This document shows positions 9,259-19,305 of a stretch of DNA of 64,000 bases, piece by piece (positions within the stretch are counted from its first letter, which is position 1; the number at the start of each line of letters is the position of its first letter). Below the pieces are notes generated by a model, which had not been told where the DNA came from, did not search any database, and worked only from the letters and a program-made list of their open reading frames with translations. Source of the DNA: Bacillota bacterium (GTDB lineage: Bacteria > Bacillota > JAAYKD01); contig OY762825.2 of the NCBI GenBank assembly GCA_963666425.2, positions 256,001-320,000 of the forward strand. The letters run 5' to 3'. The position numbers and the translations under genes are program-made.

Positions 9259-10848
9259 CTAAGATTGCGAACCTCTTTCATTTTTTGGTAAAGTGAAAGA
9301 AAACGTTGCTCCCACACCGGGAATCCCTTCTGCCCAAACGCGTCCTCCATGTCTGCGGATAATTCTCTGAACATTCGCCAATCCGACTCCTGTTCCTTCA
9401 AATTCCTCCGCGTTATGCAGCCGCTGGAAAATCGTGAATAATCTGTCCTTGAACTGCATATCGAAGCCGACACCGTTATCTTTGACATAAATAACAACAT
9501 ATCTGCTATTCATTTCGTCTTGTGACCAACCAATTTCAATTTTTGTTTTTGTTTTGTAGCGTGTAAATTTCAGCGCATTGGAAAGCAGATTTACCAAAAC
9601 AAGCTGAAGCATACTGCGGTCCGCCATCACAACAGGCAGATCCGCCAAGACCCAGTCAATGTCTCTGTCAGCTATCTCAGCACGAAAGCTTTCGATTACC
9701 TTGCTTAGCAGTTCGCTTAAGTCGACTCGCCGATTATTCAAATCCATTCTTCCCATATTTGAAAAATCAAGCAAATTGTCAATCAATCCACCCATATTGT
9801 TGCCAGCTTCAGAAATTACTGTCAGATAGTGCTGACTTTTTTCATCCAGCTTGCCCTGTAAACGCGTATTTAATAATTCGGCAAACCCGATGATATGCCT
9901 TAATGGCGCACGCAGGTCATGCGAAACAGAATAGGAGAAATTCTCCAGTTCCACGTTAGCAGCCAATAAAACATTTTGCTTGACTAATAACTCTTCTTGA
10001 TAAAGGAGCAGCTCTTGCTGTTTAATACTCAGTAAGCTAGATTTTTTAAAGTAATTCTGTGCCAAATAGACTGCCATTAAGGTCATCAAAGAAATGAGCA
10101 GACCGAAATATAATACCGCTCTGCTTTCTGCAATTTTATTTTTTACCAATACCGGGGTCGGAGCAAAGGATGCATTCCAGATCTCAGAATTCAATAAGAC
10201 AATATCCTTATTCACTGTTAATTCTGACCGGCGTAAAAGCCAGCTGCTCGATTCAAAAACACTATTCTCGGCATTGGTAATCTTTATCATATATTCTGTG
10301 CCAATGTCAACCAAAACAGGTGAGATCAGATAATTGCTATTGATAATCCCTAAAATAAAACCGTTCAGTTCATTTGCTTCATAATGTGGCTGCCATATTT
10401 TCACTTCAGAAGGGCTATCGCTGATTTCGGAGGCATTTGTGTTGAGCAGTGCTTCATTGCCCTGTTCGGGAACAATACTGATGATTTTCATATTTTTATC
10501 AATTAAAAGTATTTTCTCAATCTCACGATAAGAACTCATTAAAAAAACAGTTTCATTGACCCAATTCTCACTCTGCTTCAGGTCAAGACCAAGGTTTTGA
10601 TTGGAAAGATTTTCAATTCCCCAATAGATCTTACTATATTGATATTCCGCTTCGCTGGAATAAGCTCTGGATTTCGATAAAGTTTGTTCATATAATTCAG
10701 ATAAGCCACGTGTTTCTTGCGTTTTCCAGATAAAAACACATAGTAAAATCAGAATAACAGTCAGCAACAGCAAGAAAACTCTTGAGGTAAAGAAATCTCT
10801 TATCAATTTAGTAGTATGGTTTTCTCTGTCTTCAGACAACTTCTTCAC
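9259..10848 (-). CDS. Membrane sensor histidine kinase (Cph1-like kinase core)
   Basis: Two TM segments around an extracytoplasmic domain; H-box FSYSVSHDLRAPLRH; N, G1 (DNGVGF), F and G2 (GTGVGL) boxes. Confidence 0.92.
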   Translation of the reverse strand: MKKLSEDRENHTTKLIRDFFTSRVFLLLLTVILILLCVFIWKTQETRGLSELYEQTLSKSRAYSSEAEYQYSKIYWGIENLSNQNLGLDLKQSENWVNETVFLMSSYREIEKILLIDKNMKIISIVPEQGNEALLNTNASEISDSPSEVKIWQPHYEANELNGFILGIINSNYLISPVLVDIGTEYMIKITNAENSVFESSSWLLRRSELTVNKDIVLLNSEIWNASFAPTPVLVKNKIAESRAVLYFGLLISLMTLMAVYLAQNYFKKSSLLSIKQQELLLYQEELLVKQNVLLAANVELENFSYSVSHDLRAPLRHIIGFAELLNTRLQGKLDEKSQHYLTVISEAGNNMGGLIDNLLDFSNMGRMDLNNRRVDLSELLSKVIESFRAEIADRDIDWVLADLPVVMADRSMLQLVLVNLLSNALKFTRYKTKTKIEIGWSQDEMNSRYVVIYVKDNGVGFDMQFKDRLFTIFQRLHNAEEFEGTGVGLANVQRIIRRHGGRVWAEGIPGVGATFSFTLPKNERGSQS

Positions 10849-10881
10849 CCCTTTTGCTTTGCAACGAAATTGATCAAAATC

Positions 10882-12420
10882 TTAATCTAATTTTTGATTT
10901 TGCCAGGCTGAATTCCATATGGTCTCCAGAGAATGATAGCCTCTTTGTGTTAGCTGGCTCAGGTAATGATCCCAATCCAGCTCAATACTCAATTCTCCGG
11001 TAATAAATCGCTGACTGGCCTCAGTTACATAAGGATCCAACTGTTCATTGAGGATTCGTATGGCTTCGCTTTCTTGAGAGTTGATTTTCAACCTGGGACT
11101 TATTTTGGCAGTCTCATGTGCATTCTGTGAAACGGTCAGAAATTCAACAATTTCGACAGGCTTCTTGTAATCTTCAAATGCTGCATCTTCATTCAGATTA
11201 AACAAGAGGTTATAGCCATACTCCTTGCTGATATTCACTGTCCCGGAAGGGTTTTTGGGTGTCTTGACATTGGCTAGAAACTCTTTCCCCATTGCAGTTT
11301 TCTTGTAGGTAATACCTTCTTCTCCCCAGGTTGTTAAGGTCATTCCTTCCTCGGAATAAACCGCCCAATCCAAGAATGCCAGTAGTTTTTTGAAATAAGG
11401 TTCATTGATCACACGGGATGGAACCACCAAACCTTTTCTGAATTGATCAACCGCAGGTAAAGCTTTGATGCCGATTGTACTGACAGGAACCGGGAGAGCT
11501 GTCCATTCGCCATTCGGAAGATTATTTTCTTTTAGTTTTTCGTTCCAGGTCATGAAACCAGAGGTAATCCAAGTTACTGTGACAAAAGCGCTGCCGTTTT
11601 CCAGCTTTTTTGTAAATTCAGATTCACTCTGTGTGAAAATCGCTGGGTCCAGAATCCCTGCTTCGTAGCAGCGGTTGAGGAAACGGTATAACTCCCGATA
11701 ATTTTCGGTTGCCGGCGCGTACTGCCACTGATCATCAGTAAAATTATAATAGTTTTTCCCAGCCCAGCCAGCCGGTATACCATACCCTGCTCCCATCATG
11801 GCCAGCAAGTGAGCCCCGCCCCAAGTAGCAGTAATCGGCGTCGAATCAGGATAGATTTCTTTTAATTTGAGCAAAGAATTAAATAGTTCATTATAGGTGG
11901 TAGGCATTGGCAAATTATTCTCTGTGAAAGCATCTTTACGATAAATCCATTGCTGCACCTGGATCTCTCTTTGGAAACCTGGCAGAATATAATACTTGCC
12001 ATTTTTCAGTCTCAGTTTATCCAATTCGCTTTGCAGGTTGTGTTCTTTAATGTACGCCATAAAATAAGGCATTTGTGCTTCATAATCACTGAATGGAAGT
12101 AAAATACCGGCTGCTGCATAATTCTCAATCTGTTCCGGCCAACATTTTAAAACAATATCTGGAATGTCGTCCGATTCCAACGTTTGCTGCAGAATTTCAC
12201 CATACGTTTTATTATCACCCAAGCGAATATCAAAAGTAACATTCTGCAGTTCATTATACTTTTGTAAAATAGCCCAATTTTCTTGGAAAGGAGTATCTTC
12301 AGCATCGTTGAGAAGAACCGAAAAAGTAACCGGCGTGGAATCTGTAAATTCCATGTTATTGCAGCCAAACAGCAGCATTATTGCGGAGAGAAGTAAAATA
12401 ATCTTTATAAATTTCATCAA
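10882..12420 (-). CDS. Extracellular solute-binding lipoprotein (family 1, LplA-like)
   Basis: Lipobox LLFGC; DIPDIV, GKYYILP, WIYRKD, GILDP, WGEEGITY motifs. Confidence 0.85.
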   Translation of the reverse strand: MMKFIKIILLLSAIMLLFGCNNMEFTDSTPVTFSVLLNDAEDTPFQENWAILQKYNELQNVTFDIRLGDNKTYGEILQQTLESDDIPDIVLKCWPEQIENYAAAGILLPFSDYEAQMPYFMAYIKEHNLQSELDKLRLKNGKYYILPGFQREIQVQQWIYRKDAFTENNLPMPTTYNELFNSLLKLKEIYPDSTPITATWGGAHLLAMMGAGYGIPAGWAGKNYYNFTDDQWQYAPATENYRELYRFLNRCYEAGILDPAIFTQSESEFTKKLENGSAFVTVTWITSGFMTWNEKLKENNLPNGEWTALPVPVSTIGIKALPAVDQFRKGLVVPSRVINEPYFKKLLAFLDWAVYSEEGMTLTTWGEEGITYKKTAMGKEFLANVKTPKNPSGTVNISKEYGYNLLFNLNEDAAFEDYKKPVEIVEFLTVSQNAHETAKISPRLKINSQESEAIRILNEQLDPYVTEASQRFITGELSIELDWDHYLSQLTQRGYHSLETIWNSAWQNQKLD

Positions 12421-12642
12421 ATTGCCTCCTTTTTAAAAAATGGGGTATTGATGAGGTCGATCTTGCTGCTTTGTATTTTAACACAGATTTAAAGAATTTC
12501 CAATACTATTTATATCTTTTGATAACATACAATTCAATTTATTTTTAACTTCATTCTATAAATAAAGCATCATAACCCAAGATTGGTGAAATATTTGTTT
12601 TGCAAAGAAAAAGTGAAGAAATGCAATTGTTTTCTTTTCAGA

Positions 12643-13083
12643 TCAGCAGATAGATGGGGGGACATTTGTCACTGCCCAAAACAAGCCGAGTTCCTTAATT
12701 GCACGCACAAAATTGACAAAATCAACGGGCTTTACCACATAAGCGTTAGCTCCGCAGCTATACCCGTCCATTATATCTCTGTCCTCTTTTGAGGATGTCA
12801 GAATGACGACTGGGATTAATTTTAACAAGGGACTTTCTTTTATTTGCTTTAGTACTTCAAAGCCATTTACTTTAGGAAGCTTGAGATCAAGCATAATCAC
12901 AGCTGGGTTCCCAAAAGCTCTTTGCACGTATTTCCCACGGGAATTTAAGTAATCCAAAGCTTCTTCTCCGTCTCTGGCTATATCGACCTTATTGGCTAAA
13001 TTGCACTCAGCTAAAGCCATAAGGGTCAGTTCCAAATCATTACGGTTATCTTCTACCAGCAAAATCCGTTTAAACTCCGTCAT
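12643..13083 (-). CDS. Single-domain response regulator (Rcp1-like)
   Basis: ILLVEDN, LDLKLPKVNG, ILTSS, GANAYVVKP, LGLFW tail. Confidence 0.92.
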   Translation of the reverse strand: MTEFKRILLVEDNRNDLELTLMALAECNLANKVDIARDGEEALDYLNSRGKYVQRAFGNPAVIMLDLKLPKVNGFEVLKQIKESPLLKLIPVVILTSSKEDRDIMDGYSCGANAYVVKPVDFVNFVRAIKELGLFWAVTNVPPSIC

Positions 13084-14603
13084 AGTTGGTCCTCCTTATA
13101 CTTTGGCAGTGAAAAATAAAAAGTTGCTCCTTCGTCAATTACTCCTTCAGCCCAAACTCTGCCACCATGTCTTTGTACGATTCTCTTGACATTCGCTAAA
13201 CCCACACCTGTCCCTTCATACTCTTCAATCGTATGCAATCGTTGAAAAATGCCAAACAGCTTATCCTGGTAACGCATATCAAAGCCCGCTCCGTTGTCTT
13301 TGATATAAATTACAATGTATTTTCGATTGACTTGATCTGGCATCGAAGCAATTTCTATCTGAGCTGTCGTTTTCAAGCGTGTAAATTTCAAGGAATTGGA
13401 TACAAGATTTTCCAAAACCAATTGAATCATATTTCTGTCAGCTTTTACTTCGGGCAAAGGCAGGATTTTCCATTCAACCTTTCTCCCGATGATATCAGGC
13501 TGCATACTTGTGATGACTTGCGTTAAAAGCTCATTGAGATTCACTTGTTGATTAATTAATTCCTTCCTGCCCATTTTGGAAAAAGCAAGCAGATCGTCAA
13601 TTAATCTACCCATGGTCTGACTGGCATCTATTATGACCGCAAGGTAATGCTGGCTCTTCTCATCCAGTTTACCCTCTAAATTCTTATTCAGCATCTCTGC
13701 AAAACCCGACATATGCCTTAATGGTGCCCGTAAATCATGCGATACGGAATAGGAAAAACTTTCTAATTCTTTGTTTACAGCGATCAATTGGTTCTGATAT
13801 TGGATTAATTCCTCCTGATTGACAATCAGCAATCTCGATTTTCTATAATAATTCTGTGCCAGAAAGACGGAAATTAAACTAAAGGTAGAAATGACGATAC
13901 TATAGATAAACGTATTTTGGGCTAAGCCAATGCTGCTCTGAATATATGCTGATGTAGGTGCAAAGGAAATATTCCAAACCACAGAATTGAGTAGTGTAAC
14001 CGTCTTCGTGACAGTGAATTCTTCTTCATGCAATTCCCAGTCAACCGAACTGAAGATGGTATGATCCGGACTGCTGATTTTGATCATATAATCCGTTTTC
14101 ATATCCAGCAGGACCGGTGAAATCAGTTTACTGCTGTCCAGAATTCCTAAAACAAAGCCTTGCAATGCCTGATTTTGATTAATAGCCTGCCAGATGCGAA
14201 TCTCTGAAGAATTATTGATTTCCTGTAGCGCACTGCTGTGAAGCAGCGATTCATTTCCCTGTGCCGGCACTACCTCGTCTATCTGCATACTCGGATTAAC
14301 CAGAGCCAGCATGCGCGCTTCCGGAAATGATTGCAAAAATTGTCTAGCTTTTTGAGTCCATGCTTCATTGTTAGCAAAATCGGCTTCAATTGATCGATCA
14401 GCCAGCTGAGCAATTCCCCAATAAAGATTATTATACTTTAATTCAAGTTGATCGGAATAACTCTGCGCAATGGAATTAATATGCAGAGAAAGCTCAGACA
14501 GACTGCGGTTTTCTTGAATTTTCCAGGTATACAAAGAAACAGCCAGAAGGAAAACAGCCAGAAAGCTTAAGAAAATCCTCGATGTAAAAAAAACAACATG
14601 CAT
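13080..14603 (-). CDS. Membrane sensor histidine kinase, paralog of 9259-10848
   Basis: Same architecture and H-box FSYSVSHDLRAPLRH; its stop overlaps the RR start. Confidence 0.92.
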   Translation of the reverse strand: MHVVFFTSRIFLSFLAVFLLAVSLYTWKIQENRSLSELSLHINSIAQSYSDQLELKYNNLYWGIAQLADRSIEADFANNEAWTQKARQFLQSFPEARMLALVNPSMQIDEVVPAQGNESLLHSSALQEINNSSEIRIWQAINQNQALQGFVLGILDSSKLISPVLLDMKTDYMIKISSPDHTIFSSVDWELHEEEFTVTKTVTLLNSVVWNISFAPTSAYIQSSIGLAQNTFIYSIVISTFSLISVFLAQNYYRKSRLLIVNQEELIQYQNQLIAVNKELESFSYSVSHDLRAPLRHMSGFAEMLNKNLEGKLDEKSQHYLAVIIDASQTMGRLIDDLLAFSKMGRKELINQQVNLNELLTQVITSMQPDIIGRKVEWKILPLPEVKADRNMIQLVLENLVSNSLKFTRLKTTAQIEIASMPDQVNRKYIVIYIKDNGAGFDMRYQDKLFGIFQRLHTIEEYEGTGVGLANVKRIVQRHGGRVWAEGVIDEGATFYFSLPKYKEDQL

Positions 14604-14967
14604 TCTGATATCCTTGATTTTTTGATTTTCTTGCGTTTGCTCTCCCCCCTTTGCTGTATCATCGACCGGGACGGTTTTTTCGGATTCGAAGGCTCGTTAA
14701 TTAATTGAACCGTTTTCTTAAATCGATAAGGGAAAAATAAACGGCTAGACATGATCAGCCTTTAAAAAAGTAATTTCCTGTGCTTTTTAAAGTTTATTGT
14801 TAATATTATACATCCGATTACAAAAATAATAAAGTATTATTATTTATTTTTATCTGTTAAAGAAGTAAAAAAAATCACGACAACCCAGTACATCGACTGG
14901 TTCATCGTGAATTCGTACTCATTTCCTTGGTCTCAAATCAACAGGTTTTGAGAGGGGGTTTCTTAAA

Positions 14968-15909
14968 TCACAATTTGCTGTCTATCTCAGCATAAGCTAA
15001 TAAATTGTCTTTACCCATTCCAACACAGGCAGGCTGGCTGTCATACCAGAAAGAAAAATCTAAAAATTCTGCTCTCAATTTTTCATCACGCATGATATTG
15101 CGCAGCACCTCGGCAGGAATGGAACGTGATAAAGCACCGGGACCGGCCATGTGGATTTTCTCTGCACCGTTATCATGCAGAATATGCTGCAGCTCTTCCG
15201 GCAGAAACGCATATGAAATCGGCCAGGGTGCTTTGCCTTTCGCAAATGCTTCTGCTGTTTGATCCGGTGTTTCCATCAATCCAGTCTGAAAAAAAGCCCG
15301 CACCGCTGCCAGATCAGGTCGGTATTCAGCCAGCTGCGGCAGCGCACAATCCACCTGTTGACGCACAAAAGGATCTTTTGCATTGGTATCCAGAATATAT
15401 TTGACTTTCTGTGCCGGATCAAAGAGATAAGTCCACGCCAAACGAGAATAAACGCTGATGATCAATCGCTGCGAACAGATGCGCAGCAGCTCGCTGATCA
15501 CTCTTTCATGATTCGGATAAGTATACGAAATCGGTGCATCAAAAGAGAGAACCAGATCAAATTGCTTTGCTCGGAAGTCACTCAGATCTTCCAATGTACC
15601 ATGGAAAAAGGTCATGTTGTCGCTCACCTTCGCCTGCTTTGCCAGTTCTCTTGCTTTTTCCAACATCGGCAGAGAGATATCAAAATGCGTTACCTGCAGC
15701 CCTCGCTGCGCGAGCGGAATGGAAAAGCGGCCATAACCGGCGCCACCGTCAAATACAGTCTTTATTCCATCAAGATGTGATAAAATCTCGCGTTCAATAT
15801 GCGCCTTGGCGATGATATCATCGATAAAGTTATGCTCCCGATCCATTTCCTCCATGGCTTTTTGCGGCAGATTCCAGAAACGACTGGAGATATCGGTTGA
15901 TTTGCTCAA
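14968..15909 (-). CDS. Class I SAM-dependent methyltransferase
   Basis: Motif I VFDGGAGYGRF, HFDISLPML, FDLVLS; TTG start after GGAGG. Confidence 0.85.
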   Translation of the reverse strand: MSKSTDISSRFWNLPQKAMEEMDREHNFIDDIIAKAHIEREILSHLDGIKTVFDGGAGYGRFSIPLAQRGLQVTHFDISLPMLEKARELAKQAKVSDNMTFFHGTLEDLSDFRAKQFDLVLSFDAPISYTYPNHERVISELLRICSQRLIISVYSRLAWTYLFDPAQKVKYILDTNAKDPFVRQQVDCALPQLAEYRPDLAAVRAFFQTGLMETPDQTAEAFAKGKAPWPISYAFLPEELQHILHDNGAEKIHMAGPGALSRSIPAEVLRNIMRDEKLRAEFLDFSFWYDSQPACVGMGKDNLLAYAEIDSKL

Positions 15910-15923
15910 AAAGCAACCTCCTT

Positions 15924-16817
15924 TTATTTCATTTGTTCCCACCAAGTAGATGTAATCAACGGTCTGAAACCGATGCTGTAATAAAACTGCTGCGATGAAC
16001 CGACAAAGGCTTGCTTTGCACCTAACTCTCCGCAGCGTCGAATCCCTTCCAAAACAGCCGCACGGCCTAAGCCCATTCTTCGGTAGGCGGGATCGGTTGC
16101 GACCGGTTCGACCAATGCGTTACCGGAAGCGTCATCCTGCCACATGCCGCAATAGGATACAAAATCTCCATTCGGCGCAACAACGGCGATTTTCAAGTTA
16201 AGGTTCACATTGGGACGATTGAAAGAAAGCTCTCTTTCTTGATGAATTCCTTTTCCGAACACGAAGGGGCCTTCTCCGCGTGCTTCATGGTTGAAGCCTT
16301 TCCATAATACTTGACCATATTGATAAAGATCAAAGGTTTCCTGCATACTGGTAATCCGAAAACCTGCCGGTAAGGTATAGGTGATCTTTTCTAAATGGAT
16401 CGGATAAACCGAATCGCATTCTTTGTCTTGGCTGGCAGTAAAACCTTGCGTTGCAGCCATATTTTGAATATCCTGATCGCCATCCAAAATCAGGACAGCA
16501 AACTTTCCTTCTTTTGCTAAAGCCGTTTTGGCATATGCAAGCATTTCTTTAAATAAGTAGCGATAGTCCGGCTGCATCAATAGATAAGCTTTACCAAGCG
16601 TCGTATCATAAGTGGCGACTGCAACCAGTAGGTTGTTCTCTTCCCATAAGCCGATCTTGGGCAAACCACTGGCATCCAGATAGCTGTGAGTGATCATCCA
16701 ATCCCAACGGCCAAACGGGTAGTTGACCTGATCCAGGCGAAGGAGAAAACTGCGCAGCTTATGATAATCGTCGCCGAATAATGGCTCCGGTTGGTATTTG
16801 CGAAAAATAATCGGCAT
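15924..16817 (-). CDS. GNAT-family N-acetyltransferase (tandem fold)
   Basis: VEPVATDPAYRRMGLGRA acetyl-CoA motif; FYYSIGF. Confidence 0.88.
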   Translation of the reverse strand: MPIIFRKYQPEPLFGDDYHKLRSFLLRLDQVNYPFGRWDWMITHSYLDASGLPKIGLWEENNLLVAVATYDTTLGKAYLLMQPDYRYLFKEMLAYAKTALAKEGKFAVLILDGDQDIQNMAATQGFTASQDKECDSVYPIHLEKITYTLPAGFRITSMQETFDLYQYGQVLWKGFNHEARGEGPFVFGKGIHQERELSFNRPNVNLNLKIAVVAPNGDFVSYCGMWQDDASGNALVEPVATDPAYRRMGLGRAAVLEGIRRCGELGAKQAFVGSSQQFYYSIGFRPLITSTWWEQMK

Positions 16818-16851
16818 AGTAAAACCTTCTTTCCTTCTTTTATATAACAAA

Positions 16852-16880
16852 ATAATACATTAGGAATCTCGGCTCGTCAA
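16852..16880 (-). promoter_or_regulatory. SigA promoter of the GNAT-methyltransferase operon
   Basis: TTGACG-17-TATTAT. Confidence 0.6.
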
Positions 16881-16972
16881 GTCTCTGTTACGGAGTTTCT
16901 TTTCAGAGTATCTCTTTATTCAGGCTAAAATAGAATGCTTCCAATTCAGCCCAGCGATTCTTTGAAGTTCCT

Positions 16973-17001
16973 TTGACACGGTTACAAATTTGTGGTATAA
17001 T
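16973..17001 (+). promoter_or_regulatory. Consensus SigA promoter of the GT2 gene
   Basis: TTGACA-17-TATAAT with extended -10 TG. Confidence 0.8.
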
Positions 17002-17144
17002 AATACTTATAATTTGGTGAAATAAAATGCAAAATATGGCAGATGCGATGCAGAGTCATTTTTAGATGCGTGGTTTTTTCAATATATGCCAGGTTGTGAT
17101 CGTGTGATTCAGAAAAACAAAAGAACACTAAGGAGAGAATTTCA

Positions 17145-18692
17145 TTGAAGAAAAAAAGAGTTTTAGTCGCCAGTCCGGTCTATCAAAAGCCGGCTATCCT
17201 CGCTTTGTTTTTAACCTCCCTGAAAAACCTGAAAATGGACAGCATTGCTTTGGATTATCTGTTCGTTGATGACAATAACGATGAAAATTCCAGTACGCTG
17301 TTAGCGAATTTTCAAAGAGAAGGTTCACAAGTATTGATTCTAAACGGCAAGGAACAGGGAGCTTATCTCTGCAATGATGAATCTCATCACTGGGATGATA
17401 GCTTAATGTTGAAAGTAGCCAACTACAAGAATTCCATGATCAGTTATGCCGTCAAAATGGATTATGATTATCTGTTTTTTGTCGATTCCGATTTGGTTTT
17501 AGCTCCCGGTCTGGTCGAGCATCTCCAGACGGAAAACAAAGATATCGTATCGGAGATTTTCTGGACAAAATGGCATCCCGATAAACCGCTGGAACCCAAT
17601 GTCTGGTTGTTCGATGAATATGATCTGGTACCGAAAAATCTGGGTGAAACGCTGAGCTCGGAAGAGATGGAGCTCAGGCAAAACGGATTTTTGCAGCAAC
17701 TGCGCATCCCGGGTTTGTATGAAGTAGGTGGTTTGGGTGCCTGTACCCTGATCAGCAGAACAGCTCTGCTCAAAGGTGTCAGTTTTCAGCCGATTCGGAA
17801 TTTAACCATTCATGGCGAAGACAGATTCTTCTGCATCCGAGCGGCGGTGCTCGGGCTTGATTTGTTCGTTGACACGCATTATCCGGCTTTCCATATTTAC
17901 AGAGAACAGGATATAGCCGCTGCACAAACTCATTTGCAAAAAAGTGGACAAGATTTGGACTTTGTCCGGCGCTTTAGAACACAGGGGAATAAAATTACCC
18001 TATCTATGATTGTCAAAAATGAAGCGGGACGCTATCTTGAGCAAGTACTCAGCAGCTTGGTCGGTCACATCGATGCGGCAGTGATTATCGATGACGGCAG
18101 TACAGATCAAACAATCACTTTATGCAGAGAAATCCTCAAAGGAATTCCTTTACAACTGATTGAGAATGAGCATTCGTTATTTGCACACGAAATATCTCTG
18201 CGCAAACAGCAATGGGACGAAACGATTAAGACAAATCCCGATTGGATATTGAATTTGGATGCGGATGAAATATTGGATGAAAGTTTTTGGCTGCATGCGC
18301 AGGAATTGATCAATCATCCGGATTGCGATTTATACTGCTTCCGATTATACGATATGTGGGATGAACAGCATTATCGTGAGGATGAATACTGGAATGCGCA
18401 TCGTATTTACCGACCGTTTCTCATGCGTTATCAACCGGATTTTGCTTACAAATGGAATGAAACCCCACAGCACTGCGGCCGATTTCCAGCCAACATCTTT
18501 TCTTTCTCCTCTCTTCATTCGGAAGCACGCATCAGGCATTTAGGCTGGGCAGCCGAATCAGACAGAATGGATAAAAAGAAACGCTACGAACTGCTGGACC
18601 CGGGTGCAATCTACGGCATCAAAGAGCAATATGATTCGATTTTGGACACATCCCCCAGATTGCTGCAATGGCGAGAACAAGAAGACATTTAG
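17145..18692 (+). CDS. Two-domain family 2 glycosyltransferase
   Basis: N-domain FVDD, FVDSD, GEDRFFC; C-domain SMIVKNE, IDDGSTDQT, LDADE, HLGW; AAGGAG RBS. Confidence 0.88.
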   Translation: MKKKRVLVASPVYQKPAILALFLTSLKNLKMDSIALDYLFVDDNNDENSSTLLANFQREGSQVLILNGKEQGAYLCNDESHHWDDSLMLKVANYKNSMISYAVKMDYDYLFFVDSDLVLAPGLVEHLQTENKDIVSEIFWTKWHPDKPLEPNVWLFDEYDLVPKNLGETLSSEEMELRQNGFLQQLRIPGLYEVGGLGACTLISRTALLKGVSFQPIRNLTIHGEDRFFCIRAAVLGLDLFVDTHYPAFHIYREQDIAAAQTHLQKSGQDLDFVRRFRTQGNKITLSMIVKNEAGRYLEQVLSSLVGHIDAAVIIDDGSTDQTITLCREILKGIPLQLIENEHSLFAHEISLRKQQWDETIKTNPDWILNLDADEILDESFWLHAQELINHPDCDLYCFRLYDMWDEQHYREDEYWNAHRIYRPFLMRYQPDFAYKWNETPQHCGRFPANIFSFSSLHSEARIRHLGWAAESDRMDKKKRYELLDPGAIYGIKEQYDSILDTSPRLLQWREQEDI

Positions 18693-18697
18693 CTTAA

Positions 18698-18750
18698 TTG
18701 ACACTCCCCATAGTTAAAGCAAGCGTTTTCCGGCTTCACTCGGTAAAGCC
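18698..18750 (-). mobile_element. Decayed IS200/IS605 (TnpB) right end / omega-RNA 3' remnant
   Basis: Minus strand GTGAAGCCGGAAAACGCTTGCTTTAACTATGGGGAGTGTCAA resembles the ...GAATCCCC..GCTTTAGC..GGGGAGTGTCAA right end as recalled; no tnpA or tnpB nearby. Confidence 0.5.
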
Positions 18751-18835
18751 GGACACTTCTTCTACGAATATTGGTAATAGCTTCAGCAACAATCTAGTCT
18801 ACCTGAAAACTGTGGCCATTCACTGAATATTCTAC

Positions 18836-18863
18836 AACCACCTGCGCTGCAGGTGGTTTTTTT
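18836..18863 (+). terminator. Intrinsic terminator downstream of the GT2 gene
   Basis: AACCACCTGC-gct-GCAGGTGGTT followed by a T-run. Confidence 0.7.
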
Positions 18864-19305
18864 AATAAAACTGACCAGATAGTACCCGTGTAAATGTTTC
18901 GGCATCATTACAGGCAAAGCGGGGGTATAATTAATGTTTCTTTCCCGTTAACTATTTTATTATTAACATTGTAGCAGCTTTAATGACAGTTTACCGGCAG
19001 ACGCGTATTCTGTTTATGGAAATCATAAACAAATAAGGTTGAAATTAACTATTGTCTGATTCATTAGGAAGCAATTTTGTTTCTTCTGAAAGCCGAGCTA
19101 TGATAGCTTGGGCTAAACTTAAAAATGAGCCTTTCGTTATTCAAGTTCCTTTAAAAATGCTCATTAAGGTATGATATTCATTTGCAGCGATCGATATGAG
19201 ATTACAGCAGCGTTTGATACAGTATTAAGAGAATTTATTTTATAAATCGCTCCGGAATATATAGGTTGACTTGGTGAAACGATTTGAAGGTACCTTGTTT
19301 ACATT

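Noticed and set aside
14567-14752. Possible phase-variable T8 tract joining an upstream ORF to kinase 13080-14603
   Set aside because: The kinase has its own ATG with an AAGGA RBS and aligns to its paralog from FFTSR; no frameshift is needed
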